A stretch of DNA of 32,000 nt from NCBI RefSeq assembly GCF_001457615.1, contig NZ_LN831024.1, positions 5,820,001 through 5,852,000 of the forward strand. Direction: 5' to 3'. The translations under genes and the position numbers were made by a program. Below the pieces are notes generated by a model. That model was not told where the DNA came from. It ran no database searches and saw nothing but the letters and a program-made list of their open reading frames with translations. The DNA is from Pseudomonas aeruginosa. GTDB lineage: Bacteria; Pseudomonadota; Gammaproteobacteria; Pseudomonadales; Pseudomonadaceae. This document shows, piece after piece, positions 16,162-26,373 of this stretch (position 1 is its first letter; every line of letters starts with the position of its first letter).

Positions 16162-16923
16162 TCAGAGATAGCTGTTGAGGATGTCCTCGACGAAACCTTC
16201 CTTGCGCATGCCGTCCAGGGCTGCCTGGAGCTTCTGCACCACTTCGTCGGGAGTCTCGCGGTTGAGCGCCAGGTACAGCTGGTCGCTGTTGAAGCGCAGC
16301 ACCGTCTTCAGGCCGGTCACGCCTTCCTGCTTGGCCAGGTAGCGCCCGGCGGGATCGCCGCTGGCCCAGAGGTCGATCTGGCCCTTGACCAGCTTCTGCG
16401 CGTTTTCCTGGTCGCGTAGCGCCAGGTCGGCCTCGAAACCGTTCTTGCCGAGGAACTCGGCGATGGCATCGCCCTTGTAGGCGCCGATCCGGTATTTCTT
16501 CGCCTCGTCCAGGCTGCCCAGGGTGATCGGGCTGTCGCCCTTGGCCAGCAGCACCCAGTCGTCCGGGCCGATCGGACCAACCCACTTGAACTTGTCCTCG
16601 CGCTCGGCCAGGCGGGCGGTGACGAACACCCCGTAGCCGGGCTTCTCCAGCGCCAGCTTGTAGATGCGGTCCCAGGGGAAACGCAGGGTCAGGCTGTACT
16701 TGATGCCGGCGCGCTTGAACATCTCGCGGACGATATCCACGGCGATGCCGTCGATGTTGTCTTCCTGGGCGAAGTTCTTGCCGTTGATCGCCATGTTGTA
16801 CGGCGGGAAGTTCTCCGTGAGCAGGACCATGCTGTAGTCGGGATCGGTTTCGGCGCGCGCGCCGCCGACCAGCAGCAGGGTTGCGAGCAGCGCGAAGAGC
16901 AGGCTTCTTTGCATTGTTGTCAT
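16162..16923 (-). CDS. Periplasmic solute-binding protein, family 3 type (orphan paralog 2)
   Basis: 253 aa with signal peptide MTTMQRSLLFALLATLLLVGGARA. It is collinear with paralogs 1 and 3 over its full length. An alternative start lies at 16914. Confidence 0.8.
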   Translation of the reverse strand: MTTMQRSLLFALLATLLLVGGARAETDPDYSMVLLTENFPPYNMAINGKNFAQEDNIDGIAVDIVREMFKRAGIKYSLTLRFPWDRIYKLALEKPGYGVFVTARLAEREDKFKWVGPIGPDDWVLLAKGDSPITLGSLDEAKKYRIGAYKGDAIAEFLGKNGFEADLALRDQENAQKLVKGQIDLWASGDPAGRYLAKQEGVTGLKTVLRFNSDQLYLALNRETPDEVVQKLQAALDGMRKEGFVEDILNSYL

Positions 16924-17004
16924 CCTGTCAGGGGCCTGGAGCGAGGCAGAATAACCAGCGCCGCGCCGCCAGGCCAGCCTTTTGCCAGCATCGCCGGCGA
17001 GGCG

Positions 17005-17751
17005 TCAGTAGCGCTCGCGGATCTGCTTCAACAAGCCTTCGCTGCGCAGCGCGTCGACCGCCGTTTGCAACTTCTGCACCAGCTCGTCCGGGGTGTCCTT
17101 GTTCAGCGCCAGGAACAGCTCGGCGGTATGGAAACGCTGGACCACCTTCACCTCCTTGAGGCCCTCGCGCTGGGCGACGTAGCGCCCGCTCGGATCGGCG
17201 GTGACCCAGAGATCGATCTGCCCACTGGCCAGCTTGTCGACGTTCTCGTTGTCGCGCAGCGCCAGTTGCACCTGCAGGCCGCGGTCGACCAGGTGCTGAC
17301 TGATGGCGTCGTTCTTGTAGCCGCCGATCCGGTAGCGCGCGGCGTCTTCCAGGCTGTTCAGGTGGATGCTGCTGTCGCCGCGAGCCATCAGTACCCAGTC
17401 GTTGACCGCCAGCGGGCCGACCCACTTGAACTTGTCCTCGCGCTCCGGCGTACGGGCGGTGGAAAACACGCCATAGCCGGGCTCGCTCAGCGCCTGCTGG
17501 TAGACCCGGTCCCAGGGGAAGCGCAGGATCAGCTGGCACTCGATCTGCGCGCGCTCGCAGGCGGCGCGCACGGTATCGGTGCTGATGCCGCTGATGCCAT
17601 CGTCCTTGGCGTAGTTGCCGCCGTTCACCGCCATGTTGAACGGCACCAGGTTCTCGGTCAGCAGGACCAGGGTTTCGGCGCGCGCCAGGGCGCTAGCGCA
17701 TAGCAGGGCCAGGCTGCCGACGCAGCCGAGAGCCAGACGGAAGATGGACAT
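17005..17751 (-). CDS. Periplasmic solute-binding protein, family 3 type (orphan paralog 3)
   Basis: ORF 17005..17814 trimmed to MSIFRLALGCVGSLALLCASALARA, with GGGAG RBS-like sequence upstream. It carries the same conserved blocks as paralogs 1 and 2. Confidence 0.8.
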   Translation of the reverse strand: MSIFRLALGCVGSLALLCASALARAETLVLLTENLVPFNMAVNGGNYAKDDGISGISTDTVRAACERAQIECQLILRFPWDRVYQQALSEPGYGVFSTARTPEREDKFKWVGPLAVNDWVLMARGDSSIHLNSLEDAARYRIGGYKNDAISQHLVDRGLQVQLALRDNENVDKLASGQIDLWVTADPSGRYVAQREGLKEVKVVQRFHTAELFLALNKDTPDELVQKLQTAVDALRSEGLLKQIRERY

Positions 17752-17840
17752 GGAGGACTCCCTGTCGGTCGCAATGTTTGTCGTTATGGCAGGGCATCGG
17801 CGCTCTAGCGGCACCTGATGCGGGGGGCGTGACTGTACCT

Positions 17841-17871
17841 GAAAGAAAGCCGCGCGAGTGTCGACTCGCGC
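17841..17871 (-). terminator. Rho-independent terminator downstream of hisF
   Basis: Perfect 8-bp stem gcgcgagt/actcgcgc (17852-17859 / 17864-17871), followed on the minus strand by GGCTTTCTTTC. Confidence 0.7.
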
Positions 17872-17922
17872 TCAGGAATGGCTAGCCGATCACCGGCCCT
17901 GTGCGCTGCGGCGCAACGCGCC

Positions 17923-18693
17923 TCAGCGCACCACGATACCGCGGCTGGCCAGGTAGGCCTTGGCTTCCGGCACGGTGTACTCGCCGAAGTGGAAGATGCT
18001 CGCCGCGAGCACCGCGTCGGCCTTGCCCTCGAGGATGCCGGCGGCCAGATGCTCCAGGTTGCCGACGCCGCCGGAAGCGATCACCGGCACGTTCACCGCC
18101 TCGCTGATGGCGCGGGTCACGCCCAGGTCGTAACCGCTCTTCACGCCGTCCTGGTCCATGCTGGTCAGGAGAATCTCGCCAGCGCCCAGGTCTTCCATCT
18201 TCTTCGCCCAGAGCACGGCATCCAGCCCGGTGGGCTTGCGCCCGCCATGGGTGAAGATTTCCCAGCGCGGCGCCTCGCCCGGGGCGGAAACCTTCTTCGC
18301 GTCGATGGCGACCACGATGCACTGCGAGCCGAAGCGGTCGGCGGCCTCGCCGACGAACTCGGGGTTGAACACCGCGGCGGTGTTGATCGAGACCTTGTCC
18401 GCGCCGGCATTCAACAGGTTGCGGATGTCCTGCACGCTGCGTACGCCGCCGCCCACGGTCAGCGGAATGAACACCTGGCTAGCCATGCGCTCGACGGTAT
18501 GCAGGGTGGTGTCGCGCCCGTCGACGCTGGCGGTGATATCGAGGAAGGTGATCTCGTCGGCACCCTGCTCATCGTAGCGGCGAGCGATCTCGACCGGGTC
18601 GCCGGCGTCGCGGATGTTCTCGAACTTGACGCCCTTGACCACTCGGCCGTTGTCCACGTCGAGGCAGGGGATGATGCGTTTTGCCAGTGCCAT
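17923..18693 (-). CDS. hisF: Imidazole glycerol phosphate synthase cyclase subunit HisF
   Basis: 256 aa. [24 protein letters not shown] is a canonical HisF N-terminus, and the sequence is consistent with HisF throughout. Confidence 0.95.
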   Translation of the reverse strand: MALAKRIIPCLDVDNGRVVKGVKFENIRDAGDPVEIARRYDEQGADEITFLDITASVDGRDTTLHTVERMASQVFIPLTVGGGVRSVQDIRNLLNAGADKVSINTAAVFNPEFVGEAADRFGSQCIVVAIDAKKVSAPGEAPRWEIFTHGGRKPTGLDAVLWAKKMEDLGAGEILLTSMDQDGVKSGYDLGVTRAISEAVNVPVIASGGVGNLEHLAAGILEGKADAVLAASIFHFGEYTVPEAKAYLASRGIVVR

Positions 18694-18703
18694 GCGGTTC
18701 GCC

Positions 18704-19441
18704 TCAGGCCTTGAAGTTGTCGCACAGCGCCTGGGCTTCGGCCACGTCCAGGGTGCCTTCGTAGATCGCCCGGCCGGTGATGGCGCCGATGATCCCCGGG
18801 GTGCGGGCGTCCAGCAGCTTCTGGATGTCGCCGAGATTGTGGATACCGCCGGAGGCGATCACCGGGATCCGCGTGGCATTGGCCAGCGCGGCGGTAGCCT
18901 CGACGTTGCAGCCCTGCATCATGCCGTCCTTGGAGATATCCGTGTAGACGATGGCGGACACCCCGTCGGCCTCGAAGCGACGGGCCAGGTCGATCACCTG
19001 GACTTCGCTGACCTCGGCCCAGCCGTCGGTGGCGACGAAACCGTCCTTGGCATCCAGGCCGACGATGACCTTGCCCGGGAAGGCGCGGCAGGCCTCGCCG
19101 ACGAACTCAGGCTGCTTGACCGCCTTGGTGCCGATGATGACGTAGCTGACGCCGGCGCGAACGTAATGCTCGATGGTTTCCAGCGAGCGGATGCCGCCAC
19201 CGATCTGGATCGGCAGGTCCGGGTAGCGACGGGCGATGGCGGTGACCACCTCGCCGTTGACCGGCTTGCCTTCGAAAGCGCCGTTCAGGTCCACCAGGTG
19301 CAGGCGGCGGCAACCGCCATCGACCCATTTGGCGGCCATCGCCACCGGATCGTCGGAGAAGACCGTGGCGTCTTCCATCAGGCCCTGGCGCAGACGCACG
19401 CAGGCGCCGTCTTTCAAGTCGATCGCGGGAATGATCAGCAT
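18704..19441 (-). CDS. hisA: ProFAR isomerase HisA
   Basis: 245 aa. [20 protein letters not shown] and IQIGGGIRS are canonical HisA motifs. Confidence 0.95.
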   Translation of the reverse strand: MLIIPAIDLKDGACVRLRQGLMEDATVFSDDPVAMAAKWVDGGCRRLHLVDLNGAFEGKPVNGEVVTAIARRYPDLPIQIGGGIRSLETIEHYVRAGVSYVIIGTKAVKQPEFVGEACRAFPGKVIVGLDAKDGFVATDGWAEVSEVQVIDLARRFEADGVSAIVYTDISKDGMMQGCNVEATAALANATRIPVIASGGIHNLGDIQKLLDARTPGIIGAITGRAIYEGTLDVAEAQALCDNFKA

Positions 19442-19489
19442 CGGTGAACCCTGTTCAAGTCTGTATTCGGTGGGCAGGCGCGCGGAAAC

Positions 19490-19750
19490 TCAACTCTTTT
19501 CCAGCGCCCAGACATCGCTCTCGATGCTTTCGAACCGTTCCTTCAGGTACGACTGCACGTCGAGGATGGCCTTGTTGTAGAAGTACGGGGCGAACTCGCG
19601 GGCGAAGAAATCGAGCAGTTCCTCGGCTTCGAAGGAGCCCAGCTCCAGTTCGAAGCGGTCCTCCATGAAGCGCTTGATCGCCAGTGCCGCGTCCTGGGTC
19701 TGCGCGGCGTCCAGCTGGAGGATCGGCGTCTTGCTCTTCGCCCTGGCCAT
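19490..19750 (-). CDS. Small DUF2164-like protein embedded in the his cluster
   Basis: 86-aa acidic protein (MARAKSKTPILQLDAAQTQDAALAIKRFMEDRFELELGSFEAEELLDFF...). Its start is 3 nt after the hisH stop, and its codon bias matches its neighbours. The family assignment is from memory. Confidence 0.6.
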   Translation of the reverse strand: MARAKSKTPILQLDAAQTQDAALAIKRFMEDRFELELGSFEAEELLDFFAREFAPYFYNKAILDVQSYLKERFESIESDVWALEKS

Positions 19751-19753
19751 GGC

Positions 19754-20392
19754 CTACCAGCGCCCGTCCCAGGCCACGAAGTTCTGCAGCAGTTGCAGGC
19801 CGTGGGTATGGCTCTTTTCCGGGTGGAACTGCACGGCGAAACGCGAGCCTTCGGCCAGCGCGGCGGCGAAATCGACGCCGTAGTGCCCGTGCCCCACCAC
19901 CTGGCGCGGATTGCCGGCCTCGATGTAGTAGCTGTGCACGAAGTAGAAGCGCGCCTGGTCGGGAATCTCGTGCCACAGCGGGTGCTCCACCGCCTGGCTC
20001 ACCTGGTTCCAGCCCATGTGCGGCACCTTCAGGTGCTCGCCGGCTTCGTGCAGGTCCTTGCCGAAGAAGCGCACCTGGCCGGGGAACAGACCGATGCAGT
20101 CGACCCCGTCGTTCTCCTCGCTGCGCTCCAGCAATGCCTGCATGCCGACGCAGATGCCGAGGAACGGGCGGTCCTGGCTGACCTCGCGGACCAGGGCGTC
20201 GAAGCCCAGGCGGCGGATCTCGGCCATGCAGTCGCGGATCGCGCCGACCCCGGGGAACACCACCCGGTCGGCCTCGCGGATCACCGCCGCGTCGCTGCTA
20301 ACCAGCACCCGGCCGGCACCGACGTGCTCGAGGGCCTTGGCCACCGAGTGCAGGTTGCCCATGCCGTAGTCGATCACGGCTACCGTCTGCAT
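19754..20392 (-). CDS. hisH: Imidazole glycerol phosphate synthase glutaminase subunit HisH
   Basis: ORF 19754..20401 trimmed to [17 protein letters not shown]. It has the class-I amidotransferase Cys (LGICVGMQ). Its start overlaps the hisB stop (TGATG). Confidence 0.95.
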   Translation of the reverse strand: MQTVAVIDYGMGNLHSVAKALEHVGAGRVLVSSDAAVIREADRVVFPGVGAIRDCMAEIRRLGFDALVREVSQDRPFLGICVGMQALLERSEENDGVDCIGLFPGQVRFFGKDLHEAGEHLKVPHMGWNQVSQAVEHPLWHEIPDQARFYFVHSYYIEAGNPRQVVGHGHYGVDFAAALAEGSRFAVQFHPEKSHTHGLQLLQNFVAWDGRW

Positions 20393-20985
20393 CACAGGCA
20401 CCCTTTGGTCGACGGCATCTGCCCGGCCATCCGCTCGTCCAGCTCGATGGCCATGCGCAACGCGCGGCCGAAGGCCTTGAACACGGTCTCGATCTGGTGG
20501 TGGGTGTTGTGCCCGCGCAGGTTGTCGATGTGCAGGGTCACCTGGGCGTGGTTGACGAAGCCCTGGAAGAACTCCATGAACAGGTCGACGTCGAAGCCGC
20601 CGACGCTGGCACGGGTAAAGGGTACGTGCATCTGCAGGCCGGGCCGCCCGGAGAAGTCGATGACCACCCGCGACAGCGCCTCATCGAGGGGCACGTAGGC
20701 GTGGCCGTAGCGGCGGATGCCCTTCTTGTCGCCGATGGCCTTGGCGAAGGCCTGGCCGAGGGTGATGCCGATGTCCTCGACGGTGTGGTGATCGTCGATA
20801 TGCAGGTCGCCCTTGCACTCGATGTCCAGGTCGATCAGGCCGTGGCGGGCGATCTGGTCCATCATGTGGTCAAGGAAGGGAACCCCGGTATCGAACCGGG
20901 CCTTGCCGGTCCCATCCAGGTCGATGGAGACCTTGATCTGGGTCTCCAGGGTGTCGCGCGCGACGGATGCCTTGCGTTCGGCCAT
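20392..20985 (-). CDS. hisB: Imidazoleglycerol-phosphate dehydratase HisB
   Basis: ORF 20392..21006 trimmed to [19 protein letters not shown], with GGAG 7 nt upstream. It carries the IGPD motifs [13 protein letters not shown] and GHNTHHQIE. The product is 197 aa. Confidence 0.95.
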   Translation of the reverse strand: MAERKASVARDTLETQIKVSIDLDGTGKARFDTGVPFLDHMMDQIARHGLIDLDIECKGDLHIDDHHTVEDIGITLGQAFAKAIGDKKGIRRYGHAYVPLDEALSRVVIDFSGRPGLQMHVPFTRASVGGFDVDLFMEFFQGFVNHAQVTLHIDNLRGHNTHHQIETVFKAFGRALRMAIELDERMAGQMPSTKGCL

Positions 20986-21145
20986 CACCAGCTCCACAGC
21001 TAACACTGCACGTAATTATAAGAGGGCCAGCATTATAGGCAGGCCCGGGCTGGCGCTGCCAGCCGCGACCGTCGGCGCGAATCGCCCCACGGGCGGCGGG
21101 CCAGGCCTTACACTGCGCTCCTTTCATCCCGCCGCGGAGAGCCGC

Positions 21146-21544
21146 ATGCCCGTGATCGTCGAAACCCTCGCCCAACCCAGCGCCCAGGATCGCCTGGACC
21201 TGGCGAAGATCTACGCCGACGCGCCGGACTGGCTGTTCGCCCCGCATGCCGACGGCGCGGCGCTGGTCGCGGCCGGGCTGGCCGCCGGCGAGCTGATCGC
21301 CGGGCGCTTCAACGACCGCCTGCTGGGTGCCGCCCTGCTGCGGCGCGGCGACGACGCCTGGCAGCTGTCGCACCTTTGCGTGCGCGGCATCACCCGCGGC
21401 CGCGGGGTCGGCCGACGCCTCCTCGACGAGGCCCGGCGCCTGGCTGCCGAAGCCGGCAAGCCGCTGCGCCTGGTCGCCCCGGACGGGCACCTGGAGGCCC
21501 GTGCCCTCGCGGCACGCCACGGGCTGCCGCTGGACAGCCTCTGA
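21146..21544 (+). CDS. Small GNAT-family acetyltransferase-fold protein
   Basis: This is in frame within ORF 20813..21544. ATG 21146 is preceded by GGAGA (21136-21140). The product is 132 aa with the acetyl-CoA binding loop VRGITRGRGVGRRLL. A PanZ/PanM-like assignment is possible but was not verified. Confidence 0.65.
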   Translation: MPVIVETLAQPSAQDRLDLAKIYADAPDWLFAPHADGAALVAAGLAAGELIAGRFNDRLLGAALLRRGDDAWQLSHLCVRGITRGRGVGRRLLDEARRLAAEAGKPLRLVAPDGHLEARALAARHGLPLDSL

Positions 21545-21580
21545 TATGCTCGGTGGCGGTCCCCGCCACGGAGCTTCGCC

Positions 21581-21817
21581 ATGTCCTTTTCCTCCGCCGA
21601 ACGCGCCGCCCTGCTTGCCCTCAAGGGGGTCGGCCCGACCGTGCTGCAACGCCTGGAGCAGATGGGCCTTGACAGCTTCGTCCGGCTGCGCGACTGCGAC
21701 GCCGCGAGTATCCTCGCCCAGGGCGCGGCCCTGACCGGCTCCAGTTGCTGGAAGAACAGCCCGCAGGCGCGGGCAGCGATCGTCGCCGTGCTGCAGCGCG
21801 CAGCCAGCGACGTATGA
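21581..21817 (+). CDS. Small helix-hairpin-helix protein
   Basis: 78 aa with an HhH-like LKGVGPTVLQRLEQMGL segment. Its stop overlaps the start of the next gene (ATGA at 21814-21817). Confidence 0.55.
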   Translation: MSFSSAERAALLALKGVGPTVLQRLEQMGLDSFVRLRDCDAASILAQGAALTGSSCWKNSPQARAAIVAVLQRAASDV

Positions 21818-22920
21818 ACGACGTCGACGTACTGGTAGTCGGCGCCGGCGCCCTCGGCCTGGCCTGCGCCGCGCGCCTGGCCGAAGCCGGCCACGGCGTA
21901 CTGGTGGCGGAGCGCGAACGGCTGGTCGGTAGCCACACCTCCAGTCGCAATTCCGAAGTGATCCACGCCGGCCTCTACTACCCGTCCGGCTCGCTCAAGG
22001 CCGATCTCTGCCTGGAAGGCCGCGAACGCCTGTACGCCTGGTGCGCCCGCCACGGCGTCGGCCACCGGCGCATCGGCAAGCTGCTGGTGGCGGTGGAGGA
22101 AAACGAGCGCGAGAGGCTCCAGGCCCTGGCGGCCAACGCACGCGCCTGCGGGGTCGACGACCTGATGCCGCTGGACGGCACCACGCTGCGCGCGCTGGAG
22201 CCCCAGGTCCGCGGGGTCGCCGCCCTGCTCTCGCCGAGCACGGGAATCATCGACAGCCACGCCTACCTGCAATCGCTGCAGGCCGTCGCCGAACGCCACG
22301 GCGCACAACTGGCGCTGGACACCCGGGTCGACCGCCTGGAGCGCCACGCCGGCGGCTGGCGCGCCGAAGGACAGAGCGTCGGCGAAGCGTTCCGGTTGCG
22401 CGCGGGCTGGGTGGTCAATGCCGGCGGCCTGTTCGCCCAGGCGCTGGCGCAACGCACCGAAGGCCTCGATCCGCGCCTGGTGCCGGCGCTGCACCTGTGC
22501 CAGGGGCGCTATTTCTCCTACAGCGGCCGCTCGCCGTTCCGCCACCTGGTCTACCCGATGCCCGAGGCGCGCACCACCGGGCTCGGCATCCACGCCACCC
22601 TCGACCTCGGCGGCCAGTTGCGCTTCGGTCCCGACGTGAATTACGTGGACAACCTCGACTACCGCGTCGACGAATCCCTCGGCCCCGCCTTCGCCCAGGC
22701 CATCTCGCGCTACTTCCCCGGCATCGACCCTCGGCGCCTGGCCGCCGGCTACGCCGGCATCCGGCCCAAGCTCGGCGGGCCGGGGGAACCCGCCGCCGAC
22801 TTCATCATCCAAACCCCTGCCGAACACGGCCTGCCCGGCCTGGTCAACCTGTTCGGCATCGAGTCGCCCGGCCTCACCGCCAGCCTGGCGCTCGCCGAAC
22901 GGGTCGCCCGCGCACTCTGA
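21814..22920 (+). CDS. FAD-dependent oxidoreductase, L-2-hydroxyglutarate oxidase/dehydrogenase-like
   Basis: ORF 21745..22920 trimmed to MNDVDVLVVGAGALGLACA (a Rossmann GxGxxG dinucleotide-binding fold). SRNSEVIHAGLYY and GIESPGLTASLALAE resemble the LhgO/L2HGDH family. The substrate is not inferable from sequence. Confidence 0.7.
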   Translation: MNDVDVLVVGAGALGLACAARLAEAGHGVLVAERERLVGSHTSSRNSEVIHAGLYYPSGSLKADLCLEGRERLYAWCARHGVGHRRIGKLLVAVEENERERLQALAANARACGVDDLMPLDGTTLRALEPQVRGVAALLSPSTGIIDSHAYLQSLQAVAERHGAQLALDTRVDRLERHAGGWRAEGQSVGEAFRLRAGWVVNAGGLFAQALAQRTEGLDPRLVPALHLCQGRYFSYSGRSPFRHLVYPMPEARTTGLGIHATLDLGGQLRFGPDVNYVDNLDYRVDESLGPAFAQAISRYFPGIDPRRLAAGYAGIRPKLGGPGEPAADFIIQTPAEHGLPGLVNLFGIESPGLTASLALAERVARAL

Positions 22921-23013
22921 GACGAGGTTTCGCCGCGCGCAGGGTCGGCCTGGCAAAACGGCGTTGTTATACTCGCCCGCACATTCACCGCTGCCAGCAC
23001 AAAGGATTCGTCC

Positions 23014-25266
23014 ATGAAAGCATTCGGCAAGGTCCTGGGGCTGTTCTTCCTGGGACTCTTACTGCTCGTCGTGGCCCTGGGCTTCGCCCTGACCCACCTG
23101 TTCGATCCCAATGACTACAAGGACGAAATCCGCCAGATCGCCCGCGACAAGGCCAACCTGGAGCTGGACCTGAAGGGCGACATCGGCTGGAGCCTGTTCC
23201 CCTGGCTGGGCCTGGAGCTGCACGACACCAGCATCGCCAGCGCCGCCACGCCGACCAAGCCGTTCGCCGACCTGCAGATGCTCGGCCTGTCGGTGCGGGT
23301 CCTGCCGCTGCTGCGCAAGGACGTGCAGATGAGCGCGATCCGCGTCGAAGGCCTGAGCCTGGACCTGGTCCGCGACAAGCAGGGCAAGGGCAACTGGGAA
23401 AACATCGGCAAGCCGGCCCAGCCCCAGGCCCCGTCCGCTCCTTCCGCCACCCCGCCGGCAGCGGACGGCAAGGGCGCCCAGGCGCAGGCACCCGAGCAGG
23501 CGCCGCAGAACGACAGCCCGCGCACCCCGATCAAGCTCGACATCGACAGCCTCAACGTCAACAACGCCCGCGTCACCTACACCGACGAAGCCAGCGGCAA
23601 GCAGTACAACGTCGAGGGCATCGAGCTGAGTACCGGCGCCATTCGCGAAGGCAGCAGCATTCCGCTGAAGCTCAACGCCTACCTCGGCACCAACCAGCCG
23701 GTGGTGCGGGTCAAGACCGAGCTGACCGGCAACCTGCGCTTCGACACCGCGCTCAGACGCTACCAACTGGAAGACGCCAGGCTCTCCGGCGAGGCCTCGG
23801 GCGAGCCGCTGCAAGGCAAGACCGCCACCTTCTCCGCCCAGGGCCAGTTGCTGCTCGACCAGTCGGCGCAGATCGCCGAGTGGAACGGCCTGAAGCTGAG
23901 CGTCAACCAGTTGCGCGCCCTCGGCGAACTGAAGGCCCGCGAGCTGGACAAGGACGCCAAATTCAGCGGCGGCCTGTCGATCGCGCCGATGAACCTGCGC
24001 GAGTTCCTCGCCGGCATCGGTGTGACCCTGCCGGCCATGGCCGACGCCAACACCCTCGGCAAGTTCGAGCTGAACACCCGCCTGGCCGGCAGCCGCAACA
24101 GCCTGAATCTCGAAGACCTCAAGCTGGGCCTGGACGACACCGCCTTCAGCGGCCGCTTCGGCATCGCCGATTTCGCCAGGCAATCGCTGCGCGCCCAGCT
24201 CAAGGGCGACAAGCTCGACCTCGACCGCTACCTGCCGGCCAAGGCCAAGCAGGCCCAGGATGCCGCCAGCGCCACGCGCAAGGCGGAAGTCGACGCCACC
24301 GTGGCCAGTGCCGCCCAGGGCAACACGCCGCTACCGGAAAAACCGACCAGGCAGGCCTGGAGCGACGCGCCGCTGCTGCCCATCGCGACCCTGCGCAAGC
24401 TCGACCTGGACGTGGCGCTGAACTTCGGCCGGCTGACCGTCGAGAAGCTGCCGATCGACGACGCCAGCCTGAAGCTGCGCGGCCAGGGCGGCGTGATCAG
24501 CCTCGACGACATGCGCGGCGGGCTGTACAACGGCCGCTTCAACGCCAAGGCCAACCTCGATGTACGCCAGGACAGCGCCGTGCTGACCGCCACCAAGCAC
24601 ATCGCCAACGTACCGGTGGAGCGCCTGCTCGAAGCCCAGGGCAAGAAACCGCCGGTGAAGGGGCTGCTCGACCTCGATGCCGACATCCGCACCAGCGGCA
24701 ACAGCGAGAAATCCTGGATCGACCATCTCAACGGCAACGCACGCTTCAGCCTGATCAACGGCGTGCTGCCCGACGCCAACCTGGAGCAACAGCTCTGCCA
24801 GGGCATCGCTACCCTCAACCGCAAGGCCCTTGCCGGTACTCACGGCGGCAAGGACACGCCTTTCCGCGAGCTCAAGGGCAGCCTGAACTTCACCAACGGC
24901 GTGGCCAGCAACCCTGACCTGAAAGTGGCCATTCCCGGCCTGGCGGTCAGCGGCCACGGCGATATCGACCTGCGCGTGCTGGGCATGGACTATCGCATCG
25001 GCGTGGAGATCCAGGGCGACAAGAGCGACATGCCGGACCCGGCCTGCCAGGTCAACCAGCGCTACGCCGGCATCGAATGGCCGCTGCTCTGCCGCGGCCC
25101 GCTGGAACTCGGCGCCAAGGCCTGCCGCCTGGACAAGGAAGGCCTGGGCAAGGTCGCCGCGAAACTGGCCGGCAATCGCCTCAACGAAAAACTCGAAGAG
25201 AAGCTCGGCGACAAGGTCAGTCCGGAGCTGAAAGACGCACTCAAAGGGCTGTTCAACCGCAAATGA
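23014..25266 (+). CDS. AsmA-family outer-membrane biogenesis protein
   Basis: 750 aa. An N-terminal anchor ([26 protein letters not shown]) precedes a long beta-rich repetitive body. The conserved AsmA C-terminal region is present ([14 protein letters not shown]...[11 protein letters not shown]). Confidence 0.8.
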   Translation: MKAFGKVLGLFFLGLLLLVVALGFALTHLFDPNDYKDEIRQIARDKANLELDLKGDIGWSLFPWLGLELHDTSIASAATPTKPFADLQMLGLSVRVLPLLRKDVQMSAIRVEGLSLDLVRDKQGKGNWENIGKPAQPQAPSAPSATPPAADGKGAQAQAPEQAPQNDSPRTPIKLDIDSLNVNNARVTYTDEASGKQYNVEGIELSTGAIREGSSIPLKLNAYLGTNQPVVRVKTELTGNLRFDTALRRYQLEDARLSGEASGEPLQGKTATFSAQGQLLLDQSAQIAEWNGLKLSVNQLRALGELKARELDKDAKFSGGLSIAPMNLREFLAGIGVTLPAMADANTLGKFELNTRLAGSRNSLNLEDLKLGLDDTAFSGRFGIADFARQSLRAQLKGDKLDLDRYLPAKAKQAQDAASATRKAEVDATVASAAQGNTPLPEKPTRQAWSDAPLLPIATLRKLDLDVALNFGRLTVEKLPIDDASLKLRGQGGVISLDDMRGGLYNGRFNAKANLDVRQDSAVLTATKHIANVPVERLLEAQGKKPPVKGLLDLDADIRTSGNSEKSWIDHLNGNARFSLINGVLPDANLEQQLCQGIATLNRKALAGTHGGKDTPFRELKGSLNFTNGVASNPDLKVAIPGLAVSGHGDIDLRVLGMDYRIGVEIQGDKSDMPDPACQVNQRYAGIEWPLLCRGPLELGAKACRLDKEGLGKVAAKLAGNRLNEKLEEKLGDKVSPELKDALKGLFNRK

Positions 25267-26330
25267 CACCTGAAGGCTTCAACGGCGCGGTCCTCGACTG
25301 GTACGACCGTCACGGTCGCAAGGATCTGCCCTGGCAGCAGGGCATCACCCCCTACCGGGTGTGGGTCTCGGAAATCATGCTGCAGCAGACCCAGGTCAGC
25401 ACCGTGCTCGGTTACTTCGACCGTTTCATGGCAGCGTTGCCCGACGTCGAGGCACTGGCCGCGGCGGCCGAGGACGAAGTCCTGCACCTGTGGACCGGGC
25501 TCGGCTACTACAGCCGTGCGCGCAACCTGCACAAGACCGCGCAGATCGTGGTCGAGCGGCATGCAGGGGAGTTCCCCCGCGACGTCGAGCAACTCGCCGA
25601 ACTGCCCGGCATCGGCCGCTCCACCGCTGGAGCCATCGCCAGCCTGTCGATGGGCCTGCGCGCACCGATCCTCGACGGCAACGTCAAGCGCGTACTGGCG
25701 CGCTACCTGGCGCAGGACGGCTATCCTGGCGAACCGAAGGTGGCCAGGGCGCTGTGGGAAGCCGCCGAACGCTTCACCCCGCACGCACGGGTCAACCACT
25801 ACACCCAGGCGATGATGGACCTCGGCGCCACCCTCTGCACGCGCAGCAAGCCCAGTTGCCTGCTTTGCCCGCTGGTCTCCGGCTGCCGCGCGCACCTGCT
25901 CGGCCGCGAAGCCGATTATCCGCAGCCCAAGCCGCGCAAGGCGTTGCCACAGAAGCGCACGCTGATGCCGATCCTGGCCAACCGCGACGGCGCCATACTG
26001 CTCTACCGGCGGCCTTCCAGCGGACTCTGGGGCGGGCTCTGGAGCCTCCCCGAACTGGACGACCTCGACGGCCTCGAACCGCTCGCCGCGCGCCATTCCC
26101 TGGCCCTCGGCGAGCGCCGCGAACTGAGCGGCCTGACCCATACCTTCAGTCATTTCCAGCTCGCCATCGAGCCCTGGCTGGTGGCGGTGGAAGGCGCTCC
26201 GCGCGCCGTGGCCGAGGGCGACTGGCTCTGGTATAACCTCGCCACCCCGCCGCGCCTGGGCCTCGCCGCTCCGGTGAAGAAGCTGCTCAAGCGCGCAGAA
26301 CAGGAACTCGGACGCGGCACGACCGCGTGA
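25263..26330 (+). CDS. mutY: A/G-specific adenine DNA glycosylase MutY
   Basis: This is in frame within ORF 25077..26330. The start [25 protein letters not shown] overlaps the asmA-family stop (ATGA). It has an HhH-GPD motif ([12 protein letters not shown]), a 4Fe-4S cluster loop ([17 protein letters not shown]) and a NUDIX-like C-terminal domain. The product is 355 aa. Confidence 0.95.
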   Translation: MTPEGFNGAVLDWYDRHGRKDLPWQQGITPYRVWVSEIMLQQTQVSTVLGYFDRFMAALPDVEALAAAAEDEVLHLWTGLGYYSRARNLHKTAQIVVERHAGEFPRDVEQLAELPGIGRSTAGAIASLSMGLRAPILDGNVKRVLARYLAQDGYPGEPKVARALWEAAERFTPHARVNHYTQAMMDLGATLCTRSKPSCLLCPLVSGCRAHLLGREADYPQPKPRKALPQKRTLMPILANRDGAILLYRRPSSGLWGGLWSLPELDDLDGLEPLAARHSLALGERRELSGLTHTFSHFQLAIEPWLVAVEGAPRAVAEGDWLWYNLATPPRLGLAAPVKKLLKRAEQELGRGTTA

Positions 26331-26373
26331 ATGCCGGGCCCGCGGGCCCGGCGGCAACTGCAGGAGAACGACC

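Noticed and set aside
16972-16988. Sigma-54-like motif cTGGCAAaaggcTGGCc (minus strand) upstream of orphan SBP paralog 2
   Set aside because: GG-N10-GC spacing is present, but the -12 element is TGGC rather than TTGC. No comparable motif lies upstream of the other two paralogs. It is not distinguishable from background in GC-rich DNA without a scored scan.
21211-22956. 581-aa minus-strand ORF opposite the GNAT / HhH / FAD-oxidoreductase genes
   Set aside because: It is a shadow ORF. The plus-strand genes have clear motifs (acetyl-CoA loop, GxGxxG, LhgO-like blocks) while this translation has none.
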